Assembly: GCF_009914755.1 (NCBI RefSeq)
Contig: NC_060935.1
Direction: 5' to 3' (one strand)
Length of the DNA stretch: 64,000 nucleotides
Source of the DNA: the human T2T-CHM13v2.0 reference genome, Homo sapiens
Each line of letters begins with the position of its first letter. Position 1 is the stretch's first letter. The notes under the pieces were generated by a model, which was not told the DNA's origin, did not search any database, and was given only the letters and a program-made list of their open reading frames with translations. Below are positions 46,381 through 58,500 of this stretch, one piece after another. Both the position numbers and the translations under genes were made by a program.

Positions 46381-46849
46381 ATTGTAGAGAAGGACATGGA
46401 GAAATCCACTCTGAGCTAGGCTTCAAAAAAGGAATCAATTTTCAACAGGTGTCAGTGATGGGTTAGGATATTCCAGTAAAGAAGACACAGAGGCAGAGAA
46501 TTGAGGGTCTTAATGGGAACACTGGGGGTAATCCAGCTTGGCTTTTCCGTGTAGTGCATGAATCGAAGTAGTAAGAGACGAGATCTCAAAAAGCAGTTGA
46601 AATTTGATCATGGTCAGTCTTGAATGCCAGAACATGGAAAGTAGATTTCAATCATTAGTCTGGGGATCAGCATGGGGGTCACTGATGGCTTTAATTGGTG
46701 GGAGAGAGAGAGACACAGTGACAGAGACAGAGACAGTTAGACCTGAGCTAAGGAAGGGTAATTGGATGATGGCATACAAGAGAGAAAGGCCCTTGTTTTT
46801 AAAAGTGGATGTATGGAAGGTATTCTCACAGTTGATGCTGAAAACTTGA

Positions 46850-47230
46850 AAATGTGCCTGCCTCTGCTGTACTGGCAATTGTGATTTTAGAAAACTTTGC
46901 AGATATAATGATTAAAAAACAAGAATAATGTAAATATCTAAAAAGGGGGACTTGGTTAAGTAAATAAACACATGTTAAGTAAGAATTTAAAAATAAAATA
47001 AAGACATGTTAAATAATTTCATGTCATCTAGCCATTATGGATGATGTTATTTATCAACATAGATCCTTTGTGATCTATGATTTTAAGTCTAAAATATTAG
47101 AATAGTGTGATCTTATTTAAAAAATATGTGTACTTGAGAGGAGTTATTTCTTCATTCAAAGAAGTCCAGAAAGGGTATAAATCAAAATGTTAAACAATAG
47201 TTATCCTTGGGTGGTTGTGTCACAGAGGAT
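46850..47230 (+). mobile_element. Old L1ME/MC 3' fragment
   Basis: aatgtaaatatctaaaaagggggacttggttaagtaaat...caaaatgttaaacaatagttatccttgggtgg. Confidence 0.55.
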
Positions 47231-47232
47231 TC

Positions 47233-47357
47233 TTTTTATTGTAGTAAAATATACATAGCATTACATTTACTATTTTAACCATTTTTAAATGTGCAATTCT
47301 GTAGTATTACGTACACTCACATTATTGTGCGACTATCACCAGTTTCCATCTCTAGAA
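47233..47357 (-). mobile_element. L1MB-type 3' terminus
   Basis: ttttattgtagtaaaatatacatagcat...ttttaaccatttttaaatgtgcaattctgtagtatt...cacattattgtgc. Confidence 0.8.
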
Positions 47358-48440
47358 TATAGTTCTTTTTAAATTCATTTTTAATGTATTATTTGAATTT
47401 TATAATCAAATCAATTTCATAATCGAAACAATTTTGGTTAAATAATACAAAGTAGAGATTTGAGACTAGGATATTATTGCTGTGATGTGGGAAATTACAT
47501 GCTAACTCAAGGTCAGGACAGTTGCAATAGAAATGGAGTGTAAGAAAAGAGAGAAGACCATGTTGTCTAATGTTTCTATTTACAATGTTTTATCCCCATG
47601 TAGTAGATGGTGCTTTTCCACAAGGTAAAGTTTGGACTCCAAGTTGAAAGTAACTGGATTTAAAAGTTATTGGGGACCTGTAGGCTTCTACTGTGCACCA
47701 GTAGATTGTAGTACCATGAAAGGTTTGGCTACACCACCAGATCCATGATCAGGTTTGGTGTTTACACAATCATTCCATCTCAGGCATCCAAGTGACACAG
47801 ATCTGGTTAAGGTTACATGTGTGAGGAAAACATACAGGCAGAAATTCTTGTGTTGGCAGATCACTGACTATGGGAGAGGCTTACTTTGTTTTTGCAAAAG
47901 CATCAAGAATTTCAAAATCAATTTCATTCTGTGTATTATTGGATTCTCTGATGTCTAAATTCCTTCACTTACAGGAACCGTTGTTGCACAAATATTAACA
48001 GAAGGCCACAAAGTAATATAAAAAAACCCACAATTTTTAATGCTCTTTTAAAAAAACAGGCCAGTGCCTCTGATCTAAAACAGAGAATTGAGAATATTTT
48101 AGCATTTTCCTCTCATATGCCATGTCTTATTAGGTACACTTACTTTCATATTCCACAATATGAAAGCCAGAACTCTCCCTATAAGATAAGAAGAAAAATT
48201 CCTAAGGAAGCATCCTTCAATAAGAAACATGTGGTTTTATTTAGGGCTGTTTTTGAAGTTTACCTTTTTTCAGCAGACATTTAATGAATGTCTACCACAG
48301 AGAAGCACAGTTGCTCTGGTGAATGCAAGAATGGATATGACAGGGTGTCTGCCTTTCGGGAGCTCACAGTTTAGTCCCTGGATTGCAGTGGAAGTAAATA
48401 TATTAATACATGTCACTATCCTCCTACTAGACCTGCTAAA

Positions 48441-48758
48441 GGCCAGGCATGGTGGCTTACACCTGTGATCTCAGCTCTTTGGGAGGTGGAGGCAGGAGGA
48501 TCCATTGAGCCCAGGAGTTTGAGACCAACCTGGGCAATATAGGGAGACCCTGTCTCTACAAAAACTTCAAAAAGGAAAATTAGCCAGGCGTTTGTGCCTG
48601 TGGTTCTAGCTATTCAGGAGGCTGAGGCGGGAGGGTCACTTGAGCTCAGGATGTCGAGGCTGCTGTGAGCGTTGATCGCACCACTGCACTCCATCCTGGA
48701 TGAGAGAGTGAGACCCTGTCTCAAAAAGAAAGAAAAAGAAAAGAAAGAAAAAAAAAAA
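48441..48758 (+). mobile_element. AluJ inserted in an L2 remnant
   Basis: J-type arms; TSD acctgctaaa (48431-48440) / acctgctgaa (48759-48768). Confidence 0.93.
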
Positions 48759-48969
48759 ACCTGCTGAAGCTGGCAGGTATCAAAGTGAAGCCTGCTATTA
48801 AAGAGATACACAACATTCTCCCTGGGGATTGGCTAAGGGTTACTGGTGGAGGGAAGGTTAGTATTGAGCACTGCAGGATGGGTAGTTTTGAGGAGGTGGA
48901 TCTGAGTGAGAGGTGTGTTCTAGATGGAAAGTACCGAAGAGTAGGAGTATTGGAGATCTACAGGATGGT

Positions 48970-49400
48970 GTTGGGTCTTACCTTGGGTTCTGCCAGTTGC
49001 AGAGGCAAGGATTGGGTGCAATTAGTTTATTAGGGATGGTCCTGGAAGCATTAGTAGGGGAGTAAAGGAGCAAGGCAGGGAAAGGAAAGGAGTCAGTAAA
49101 TTGTTTGTTATTAAGCCAATGACCACTGTGGGCAAGTGGAGCCAGTGCTGCTGGGAGCTCTGTAAACAGTTTGTAACATCCTGCAGATTTATCCCAACCA
49201 AGGGGCAAGAAAGCCACTGCCTGTAACTCTCAGATCATCGTTGGGTTGAGAACTACCTCTAGGAGCATTACTGTGGCCCTTCCAGAGTGCCCTGAATAGT
49301 CAGAGTGTGCTTCTGTGGCTAGAATTGCAAGCTCTCATATGTGGCGTACATAGTTAGAGCCTTCAGCCTATAGAGAAGAAAGGGAATAGAATGTTGAGGG
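48970..49400 (-). mobile_element. LTR33-like ERVL solo LTR
   Basis: gaggcaaggattgggtgcaattagtttattagggatggtcctggaagcattagtaggggagt...accactgtgggcaagtggagc. Confidence 0.75.
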
Positions 49401-50889
49401 CTGCTTCCATTCAATGCATGGTCAGTGGTGGAGATGTCAATCAAAGAAACCAAGAAGGAAGAGGACAGAGATAAAGTAGAATGCCATGAAGTGTTTTGGG
49501 AGGCGGTGAAAGGGAGAGTTTCAATAAGGAGGGAAAATTGAAACGAAGATAATATTTTACCAAAGGGTTAGTAATAATTGTGCTTTCCAACCCCAAACTT
49601 TTTAAACATGCATTAACCTGAGAAGTATAATGGAATAGGCTTGCCTTTGTAAGTTGGTTGTAGGGTCGTAGTTCTGGCTATGCTATTCACTAGCCATGTG
49701 CCCTCAGGTACATTCCTTAACCTGACTGGGTCTCAGCCTCCTGTGGCATAAAACAAAACCATTGTTTCCAATCTCTTGCAGCACTAAGATGCAATTCCTG
49801 TGAGTTCAAAGATGTGACATGACTCCTGTCTCACTACTTGTCATTTATTAAGTTCATAAGTGTATTGCATGTTAAACAGAGAAGTAATCTAATTTCACAG
49901 TTAAATATAATGCTGATTTAAATTACTTTTGAAATTAAAATGTTAATGGAATAAATAGGCTGTCCTCCCGGCTTCCCCCACATTCTTTGAATTCTCTACA
50001 TTGTATCATCTCTGTCTGCTCCTGTTTCTCCACCTCATCTTAGACTCTAGAACTATTTTTATTTAGTGTTGGTTTACTTTTATCTGTGGCTGTTTTGGCA
50101 GCAGGAATTATATCCATTTGCCTGACACAGAGTTTTACGTGGATCATGTGTTTGAAAGATTAATATAAGCAGTTGCTTCTGAAACAATTTAATCTTGCTT
50201 TCCATAGTAATGAAAAATGAATAATCAAAAGCAGTAAATTGTGTCTGGAAGATAATAAATACTTCTTATAGCATTTTAGCACCGACTGTGAATTATAGCC
50301 GACCCGCAGATCGGGAGGGGTGAGTATGACCAACTGGAACTCCACAGTGTGTGCTGGCCTTTAATATCAGGCTTTAGCTGCTTGATTCATTTCATTGCTC
50401 TCTGTCAATACCTGGAGAATCTGCTGTCTGTCCCACTGATTTAAAACTAAAAACAAAACAAAACAAAACAAAAAAACTAAACAATTAGAGGAGTCTCTGT
50501 TTAAAACACCACAAAACAGATTTTCTGTCTTTCTCTCAACCAACACACAAGCCTAAGTGGACCTAGGTAAGAATTTCAAACGTAAATAGTAACAACCTGA
50601 ATTAATTCTAGATTCAGGCACTACAGGGAAGCTCCTAGGGATGGGTCTTACTCAGAACCTCATCAGCTTCTTGCAAATGGTTGCTGCTTGAGTGAAATCT
50701 GGAAGGATACCCCCAAGACTTAGTCTTACCTTCAAATACCCACTTTCAGCAGACACGTTCACGACTCAGGAGCTACTCAAGAAGGGACAGCTTTTAAAAA
50801 TTAGTGCATTTCTCTAATGAGGTCTCCTATTGAAGCCCTAAAATAAATGACTTCCTTTTTAAGTGCAAAACTTAAGAAATATATATTTT

Positions 50890-50890
50890 A

Positions 50891-50934
<44 letters not shown>

Positions 50935-51215
50935 GAGATGGAGTCTCTCTCTGTTGCCCAGGCTGGAGTGCAGTGGCTTGATCTTGGCTCACTACAAGCT
51001 CTGCCTTCTGGGTTCACACCATTTCCCTGCCTCAGCCTCCTGAGTAGTTGGGACTACAGGCACCCGCCACCACGCCCGGCTAATTTTTTGTATTTTTAGT
51101 AGAGACGGGGTTTCACTGTGTTAGCTAGGATGGTCTCGATCTCCTGACCTTGTGATCTGCCTGCCTCGGCCTCCCAAAGTGCTGGGATTACAGGCATGAG
51201 CCACCGCGCCTGGCC
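50890..51215 (-). mobile_element. AluY with (TA)n-T tail
   Basis: caagctctgccttctgggttcacaccatt and tgttagctaggatggtctcgatctcc; flanks aagaaatatata / aggaaatatatt. Confidence 0.95.
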
Positions 51216-52592
51216 AGGAAATATATTTGAGCATGGTATTCAGATTTCTAAATAGTAATAAAAATAATAAGTATATAAATAAATAAATAAACTAATAAAT
51301 AAAATGCATCTATAGCCTCCCTGCTGTGATGAAACTTAAAAATTACTTTTCAAATGTAGACTTAATGTACTCTGTAAAGTAGCAGTCAGGCACAGACACC
51401 AAGAGTTTCCTTCAGAGCTGATGGCAAAGGGAATTCAGGTGTGACTTGTGCAGGTCCGGCTTCATCACTCTGTTTATCTGCCTGAATTGAATGTGCTTTA
51501 ATGTGTTTATATTTGCCTGCTAGTCTGGTGTCCAAAGGACCATATCGTCACAACCCCCAAACAGGACATTGTCTATGTCTTGTGTACTGAAAGGAACCCC
51601 AAATGACAGGTTCATTTTTTTTTATGCTACCTATTAGTTGAGATACATGAGCTAAGGTGCTTAACCTCACTGAGCCTCAGCATCCTCTAAAATGGTGATA
51701 AAGCTTCCCTTCTTTTCTATTTCTAAAATATGTTTTTAATAACAACTGAAACCGTGCATGATATATGTAAACCCCTTTAACAATTCGACACGATAAGCAA
51801 ACACAAGGGGTGGTTAATCTACCTGACAAATGCTGATTTCTCTTATGTCTGTTTTGATTCTATTTTAATTACGAACATAACTATTTCAAATGTCTAGTCA
51901 AGAGATATTTTCGTGCCTTATACTTTTGCATGAGTTTGTGTTTTCAAACTTAGAGGTGCAATTAGGAAATCTAAGTCAATGAGAGAAAAATCAAGTGAGA
52001 AAACCAGTCTTTTGAGGGAGGAGAGATTCTTCCTAGTTTATTGTTTCTAAAAATAAGCTTTCCTAATTTAGCACAGCTGTTGAGGAGCAGCAATGGGATG
52101 TCAGTAGCTGAAAGTCCCCAAGCGCACACTGTACTGTATTGTCAAATCCTTGCAGAACTACTGAGAACATTCCTGGCATATGGGTTTTGTTCTAACAACT
52201 TAACACAGCTCAATTTTTAAAATCTGCTTTTATAGAAATGTTCAGGTTCTCCTGGATTCTTTTGAACTCTTGCCAGTAAGTGATTTAAGCCCTTGACTTG
52301 GCCATGAGAACAGAAGTTAAACACCAAAGATGAATAACCATGTGGTCTCTTACACATGAGAATTGTCCAGTTAATTTTTTAAGTCGCCAAGACTAGTCTG
52401 GCAGAAAGTATGTATTTTATTTTTGTCCTTAAACATTACATTTTGAGTTATCTCCTGAAGAGATTTTGCAAGAAACTGGTCTATTCTGTGTGGAAAGATG
52501 GCTATTTCTCAGCGAGTACCTCACTTCAAATCATTTGTTCTGAAGTGTCATGGTGTAATGAAAATAATAAGAAGCATGAGGAGATGGTTACG

Positions 52593-52660
52593 AAGGAGGA
52601 GGTAGGAGGAGGAGTGAGGAGGAGGAGAAGAAGATAAATAAGAAGAGGAGGAAGAGGAGA
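52593..52660. repeat. (GGA)n/GA-rich low-complexity tract
   Basis: Direct reading. Confidence 0.8.
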
Positions 52661-53719
52661 TCATAATGATGCCTTATAAATTGTTTATTTTTCATCATTT
52701 ACAAAATGGCTTTATGTTTTAGAATCTAATTTAAAACTTAAAACACCCCAGTGGGAGAACTGATATCACAAGTGAGGAAACTCAGTTTCTTGGACAGTGT
52801 TTCCTATGCATCATATAGCTTAAAAGAGAGCTGGTATTTGAACTTCCAATTCAAAGTCTGACATTTTTTTCTACCAAAATTTGATTCCAAATCTTAATTC
52901 ATATCTCTAAATGTATGAATAAAATATTGTGAACCATATAAATGAGAGTATCTTCTCTATAAACCTGGGGAGGGGTGGTGGTTGTGTTCCTTTCTCATCT
53001 GTTGTTTTCAAAGGCGAGTCATTTCCAGTTTTCCCTTCCAGAAGTGACATGCTCATTGGGGATTTACTCAATCCAGTTACCCAGTTAATCAAGAAGACTG
53101 AGCCCCCAGAGGTTAAGTCACATCATTATGAAGAAGAAGATCTGAACCCCGGTCTCCTATCCTTTCATTTGTACTATTATATTGTCATGTAATTCACCTT
53201 TTCTCAACAAATGTGCAAGTGCTAAACAGTGTGAGTTTACATTATGAGCCTATTGATAAAACGTCTTGGACCAGTGTCCTGCGCAGAGTGAGTGCTATAT
53301 AGAAATTTGATAAATGAAATAAATAAAAAATTGTGTTATGAGAAGAAAGAATGAAACATGGTAAGTTTATTTAGAGTCCATCTCAGACGTAGGAGGACAT
53401 ATCCACCAAGCTCCCAAGAAGGAAAATACTTTAATGATATTAATGGATATTACTGGGGGGGGGGGGAAACATACAGTTTATATTATTTTCTTAGAAGCAC
53501 ACTAATTTTTAGGACTAGATGGATCAGTTTTATAGCAGTCAGGACATCTGATTGTGGCAGCTGTCAATGCATATGACCTTCTCCTTCTTCAAGACACATC
53601 AACAGGAAGTTAGCAGAAACTACACATTTGAAATGTAATGACTACAACCCTTTCAATGGCTTCCGTCTTAGAAGAAAAAAGTTCTGTCATTTTGATGGCA
53701 CACAATAAATTCCAAAGCC

Positions 53720-54013
53720 ACAGTTTGTTAAAGTCCTAACCTCCAGTGCCTCCAAATGTGACTATATTTGGAGACAGGGTCTTTAAAGAGCAAATTAAAT
53801 GAGGCCATTAGGGGAAAATTTGTGCTCAGGCACAGGATATGAAGACATGGGTAGAAGATAGCCAAGAAGAGAAGCCACAGAAGAAACGAAATCTGCTGAC
53901 CTGACATTGTGATCTTGGACTTTTAACCTCCCAAACTATGAGAAAATAAAATACGTTATTTAAGAAACTCAGTCTATGGTACTTTGTTATGGCAGCCTAA
54001 GCAAACTAATACA
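53720..54013 (+). mobile_element. MLT1A/B MaLR solo LTR
   Basis: gtcctaacctccagtgcctccaaatgtgactatatttggagacagggtctttaaagag...ggtactttgttatggcagcctaagcaaactaataca. Confidence 0.88.
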
Positions 54014-54032
54014 CTAATACACTGTTGTACGT

Positions 54033-54207
54033 CAGTAGCTCTCAAGCCCAGCTGTGTTTTAGAATCACTTTAGAATTTTTTTCAACAATGCTGATACAGC
54101 TCCATCCCAGAGCAGTGGAATCATGATCTCTGGGGATGGGGTTTGGGTGGCTGTGTTCTTCAATGCTCCCCAGGAGATTCCGATACTGTTTGGGTTGAGA
54201 ATCACTG
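54033..54207. mobile_element. MER5A/B hAT-Charlie MITE
   Basis: TIRs cagtagctctcaa / ttgagaatcactg; internal ttagaatcac and gctccccaggagattc. Confidence 0.85.
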
Positions 54208-54977
54208 GTTTTCATTGTTCTCCCAGAAGAGTTCCCAACTGGTTCCTTTCAAGGAGGGGAAAAAAAATCTTCCATCCACTGTCTGGCTTGTTGAAGCACA
54301 TTACTCAGAGAACAGAGGGAGCCAACCCATATGGATCAATAATGGTCCACTGTGACTCACCCTTAGAATCATCTGAGTATCTATGTTTAAGACAACCTAT
54401 GAGTGATTCTAATGGTAATTTAGGTTAAGAAAGGCCTAATATTTGTTTTGCATATATGAGTGTATATATGTGTGTATGCATTGTCTTCAACAAGGAAAAA
54501 TTACCTATAAGTCCATCAAGGAGCCTGTTCATTTTTGGGGGGGTGCAGGGGAGCAGGTGGTGGTCTGTGGTTGTTTCCTTGGGTCTTTTTTTCTTTATTA
54601 TTCTCTTCAATGATGAGAGTGTTCAGGACACTGGGATTGATTTTAACAAGTAGGTGTGGAATTTCACAGTTTGGTGTTTTGTAGTTATGACCTCAGGTTA
54701 ACCAGTATTTTCCCTTTCTAAAACCTGCTGTTAGAGCAAAAAGTCAGATGCTAACAAATTATGTTCACAATTGAAGTGAAAATTGGACTCTTAATTCGTT
54801 TGCTAATCACTCCTATTTATGAATATATTAATCAGCCTCCATGGGGAATTTATCTGTCATGTGCAGTCAAATATATATGCAATATTTCATTGACCTAAAG
54901 TCACTGATCCTCAGCCTAAACAAGTTAAGATCATGTTGGAAAAAAGAAACGCCTGTGGCATGTCAAACTAGATGTCA

Positions 54978-55200
54978 AGCTAATAACTACCACCTGTTGT
55001 GAATGATACTATGTGCTTACATGCACAATCACAAAATAGCCCTAGGTGATACTATTCCCTAGTATACATGGGAATGTGTTACTATTCCCATTTTACAGGT
55101 GAGGAAATTATGATCAGGTGAGAGATGCTGGGCAACTCAGTGATCCTGGACTGGCATGAAGGAAGAAGCCCTTTGACTCCTCAGCTCAAGCTCTTAACAA
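54978..55200 (-). mobile_element. MIR
   Basis: actattcccattttacaggtgaggaaatt; tactatgtgc. Confidence 0.65.
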
Positions 55201-55934
55201 TTATTACTCTCTGCTGAGCTATGGCATATCCACCAACTCCTCAATGAGATACTTCACAGATTGTTTTATTCTCTTTTGGTCCTAATAGCAAGTTTGGTTT
55301 TTGGATTTTCTAACCAATATCAAGTTAGAATAAGCTTCTCAATAAAAAAAAAAAATCAAAACCACAACTTATGAAATAAACATTTTTCAAGGTGATTGAT
55401 TCCTTTACAAAATTTTATTTTCACTTAAAAGAAGACATACTACCATTTTCTTGAATATAAGGAGATTCTGTAATACATGTTTCCACGCATTAAATTGTAA
55501 AGATATCTATATGCCTATAGGCTATATTCATAATCCCACCCTAATGGAAAAACAGGATCTTCTAGTTTTTGACCTGTTGGTGTCTTTGTATCATTGAAAG
55601 TGGAAATGAGTATTTTTAATATTAAGTTTTACACCAAGCAAAACTACTTTCTGTAGTTCCAGGTAGTTCTAGGTAGTCATCAGAGGAAATATCTGCAAAT
55701 AGTCATTTGAGTTGATAGATTTGAACTTGCAGTTTTATATCTTTGTATTTCCAACACTGTCTACCTCTTAAAATTACCTGGATTATAAGCATTCTGAGGT
55801 TGATTACCCTGTCAAAAATTTACCTCTAAATCTGCAGGAGTTCACATACTACAGAACAAATTAGCCAAAAAGTGTTGATTGAATGTAGCCTAATAATTGT
55901 TATTAAATATCCTCTAAGTAACTGAAAATGATAC

Positions 55935-56010
55935 ACGTGTGTGCCATATGTGTGTATGTATGTGTACATATGTGTGTGTATATGTGTGTTCATATATATG
56001 TGTATGTATA

Positions 56011-56049
<39 letters not shown>
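55935..56049. repeat. (TG)n/(TATG)n microsatellite
   Basis: Direct reading; ends in a pure (TG) run. Confidence 0.93.
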
Positions 56050-56051
<2 letters not shown>

Positions 56052-56074
56052 AGTGGTTTCAAGCACATTTTTCA

Positions 56075-56300
56075 GAGTTAGGCTGACTTAGACCAAAATT
56101 CTTGCTCCACTTTTCACTCCCTGAGTCACCTTGGGGAAGTTACTTAATCTGCTGGAGTCATACCTTTTTTTTTCCTGTAAGATGAGAACAGTAATGCCTA
56201 CTTGGAGGTGGAGATTAATGACAGAATAAAGGTGGAGCACTTCAAGGTGTGCCATCCTGGCCCGCTGAATGTGTAGTAAGAGCTAAGCAATATTATAGTA
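56075..56300 (+). mobile_element. MIR
   Basis: tgagtcaccttggggaagttacttaatct...ctgtaagatgagaacagtaatgcctac. Confidence 0.7.
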
Positions 56301-56839
56301 TTAAACAATTAAACACCATTCTAATGAATGTTTCATTTTCCCCAAACTGAACTACAGTAATTGTACAAAGTAAGGTAACACCTGTATATTTGAGGACAAT
56401 GATGGTAACAGCACAAATGAAATTTCCCTGGTCTTACTTAGAAGCGCTTTTCTTTTGCTGAATCTTTGTGAGGTTCCCCTGTGTCCTGATGTGAGCAAGA
56501 CCACCTACTGCTGTGCGCCAAGACCAGTAGTCAGGGATGTGGAAATGTTTTTGGAAGAAGAAGTGGAACGAGAAGAACCAGAATGGCTTCTTTTATCCAA
56601 GGCTAATCTTGTGAGCAGTAGGAGGGAAAGTCAGGCCTGTCCAAAGCAGCTTGAGCCTTTCTTTGCAGAAGGGTAGATGCTGAATAAAAACTTGCAAACA
56701 CAGTGACAAGAAGGCAGGATCCAGAATTAGGTTCAAATTGACCCTAAGTTTTTAAAGGTCATTCTCTAGCTTGGGAGAGAACCTGGGAAAGGTGGCAGAG
56801 TGAAGTCACTCTGGGACCACATGGCCGGGACACTGATGG

Positions 56840-57035
56840 CTCAGCCCCTTACTAGCTGTGTGGCCTCGGACAAGTCTTTATGCTTTTCTGTGGCCAGTTC
56901 CCTTAATGTAAACTGTGATTAAAATCACACTTACCTTTTAGAGTTGTTGTGAAGATTGAGTAAATTAATTTATGAAAGTGCTTGGAACAACATAAGGCAA
57001 AAAATATAAGGATTCATTAACTGTTAGCTGTCATA
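56840..57035 (+). mobile_element. MIR
   Basis: cttactagctgtgtggcctcggacaagtc...agagttgttgtgaagattgagtaa...aaagtgcttggaaca. Confidence 0.8.
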
Positions 57036-58394
57036 ATCTACGTATCTCAAAGGCTGAATGGTCAGTTTTTCTCTCTCCAACATTTTTCTCCCTCTTTTTT
57101 TCATGATTGCATCTGAACTTATGTGCATTTCTATTTAAGAGGTGACACTTGCCAGTGTGTGGTTTTCTGGGTGCAGACAAATGTATGGCATTATGATTGA
57201 TAGGTCCTAAGACTGTTCTGTCATTAAATTGTGGTCATGGAAACAGTAACTTTTCATATTAAGACTGACTTATCATTCTTACTAATCTTTAAGATGCAAA
57301 ATCTATATTATAATAAGCATGGGTTAGCACAGAACACATTTGCAGGCAGAGAACGAAAACATTTCTGAGGTTAGAGCATGAATTAGTTTTTAGAAAAGGT
57401 GTTTGCTCAGGATTCAAATAGCATTTCTTGTTCTCTGTGATAAACTTTTTGGAGTTTTTGATAGGTCTGGACTCCCCCACAGCCTTCATTAATTTATCTT
57501 CCTTGTTGCCTGCTGAAAGTGTGCTGGGAAAACAGAACTGGTGCTTTCACGTTTCCTTTCTCCCTGCTCTTTTGCATTCAGAATCTTAGGGATTTAACTT
57601 GTCACTAAGCCCCATTTAGAGCCACTGATCTCTGAATTCTGCTGTTTGGTTTTTCATGCTGCTATTCTAGAATATGCTACAAGGCTCACAGATGTTGTTA
57701 TCCAGGAAATTCCAAAGGGCAGCATGGGGCTGCTCAGGTGCCAACCTCTGTCTCCAGTTGAGATGTGTGTGGCTGGCTGACATTTTATGCCAGGGCCTCT
57801 TGTGTTGCCGATTCAGCCAACATTTAGTGAAATCTCACACTGGCCCGGGCTCAATGCTAAGAAGTTGCAGATGCCTTCTCATTTACTCCTCACAATATCC
57901 TCATCCCTATTTTGCAGACTGCTGAGGAGCCCGAGCAATGCCAATAAAAAAGCATCACTCCTCTCAGCCTGAGTACTGAACAATTTGAGAAATAAAGTGA
58001 AAGAATACAGGCCAAAGAATTGTATTTATCAATTAGAAATGCTAAGTTGGTGGATGCAGGTTAGTGTCATAGCCAAATGAGCATGTGATGGCTGAATCTC
58101 AGAACTAGGCAGATGTACGCACCAGTCACACAGAAGTGGAAACTTCCTCACTTGGCCCCCTGACCCAAGCAGCATCTGAGCTCTGGGAGGGGCAGTGGAA
58201 TCGGGTTCCCTATGAGTAGCTTAATCCCAAGACAAAGAAGTGTAGAGCTGAGTGCAGTATACCTGGTTATTCTTCCCAAATGCACTAACTCAATGAGTCA
58301 CCCCTCTCCCTCCTTAGAAATGAATAGAATGGGTCAAGTGTTGGGGAGAGGCCAGGAGTGCATTTAGGGAACATACATCCTCATGAAAATCAGT

Positions 58395-58500
58395 GTAGGT
58401 TGTTCAGATGAGGAAACTGAAGCATGGAGAAGTTCAGTAACTTGCAAAGGTTACACACATCCTTAGCAGTGGAGCTCAAAGTTTAATACAGTCTTTGTAC
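58395..58500 (-). mobile_element. MIR core
   Basis: cagatgaggaaactgaagcatggagaagttcagtaacttgcaaaggttacac. Confidence 0.75.

Noticed and set aside
56455-56676. 73-aa ORF with an acidic stretch (LEEEVEREEPE)
   Set aside because: Non-ATG start, no recognisable homology, no poly(A)/TSD for a retrocopy
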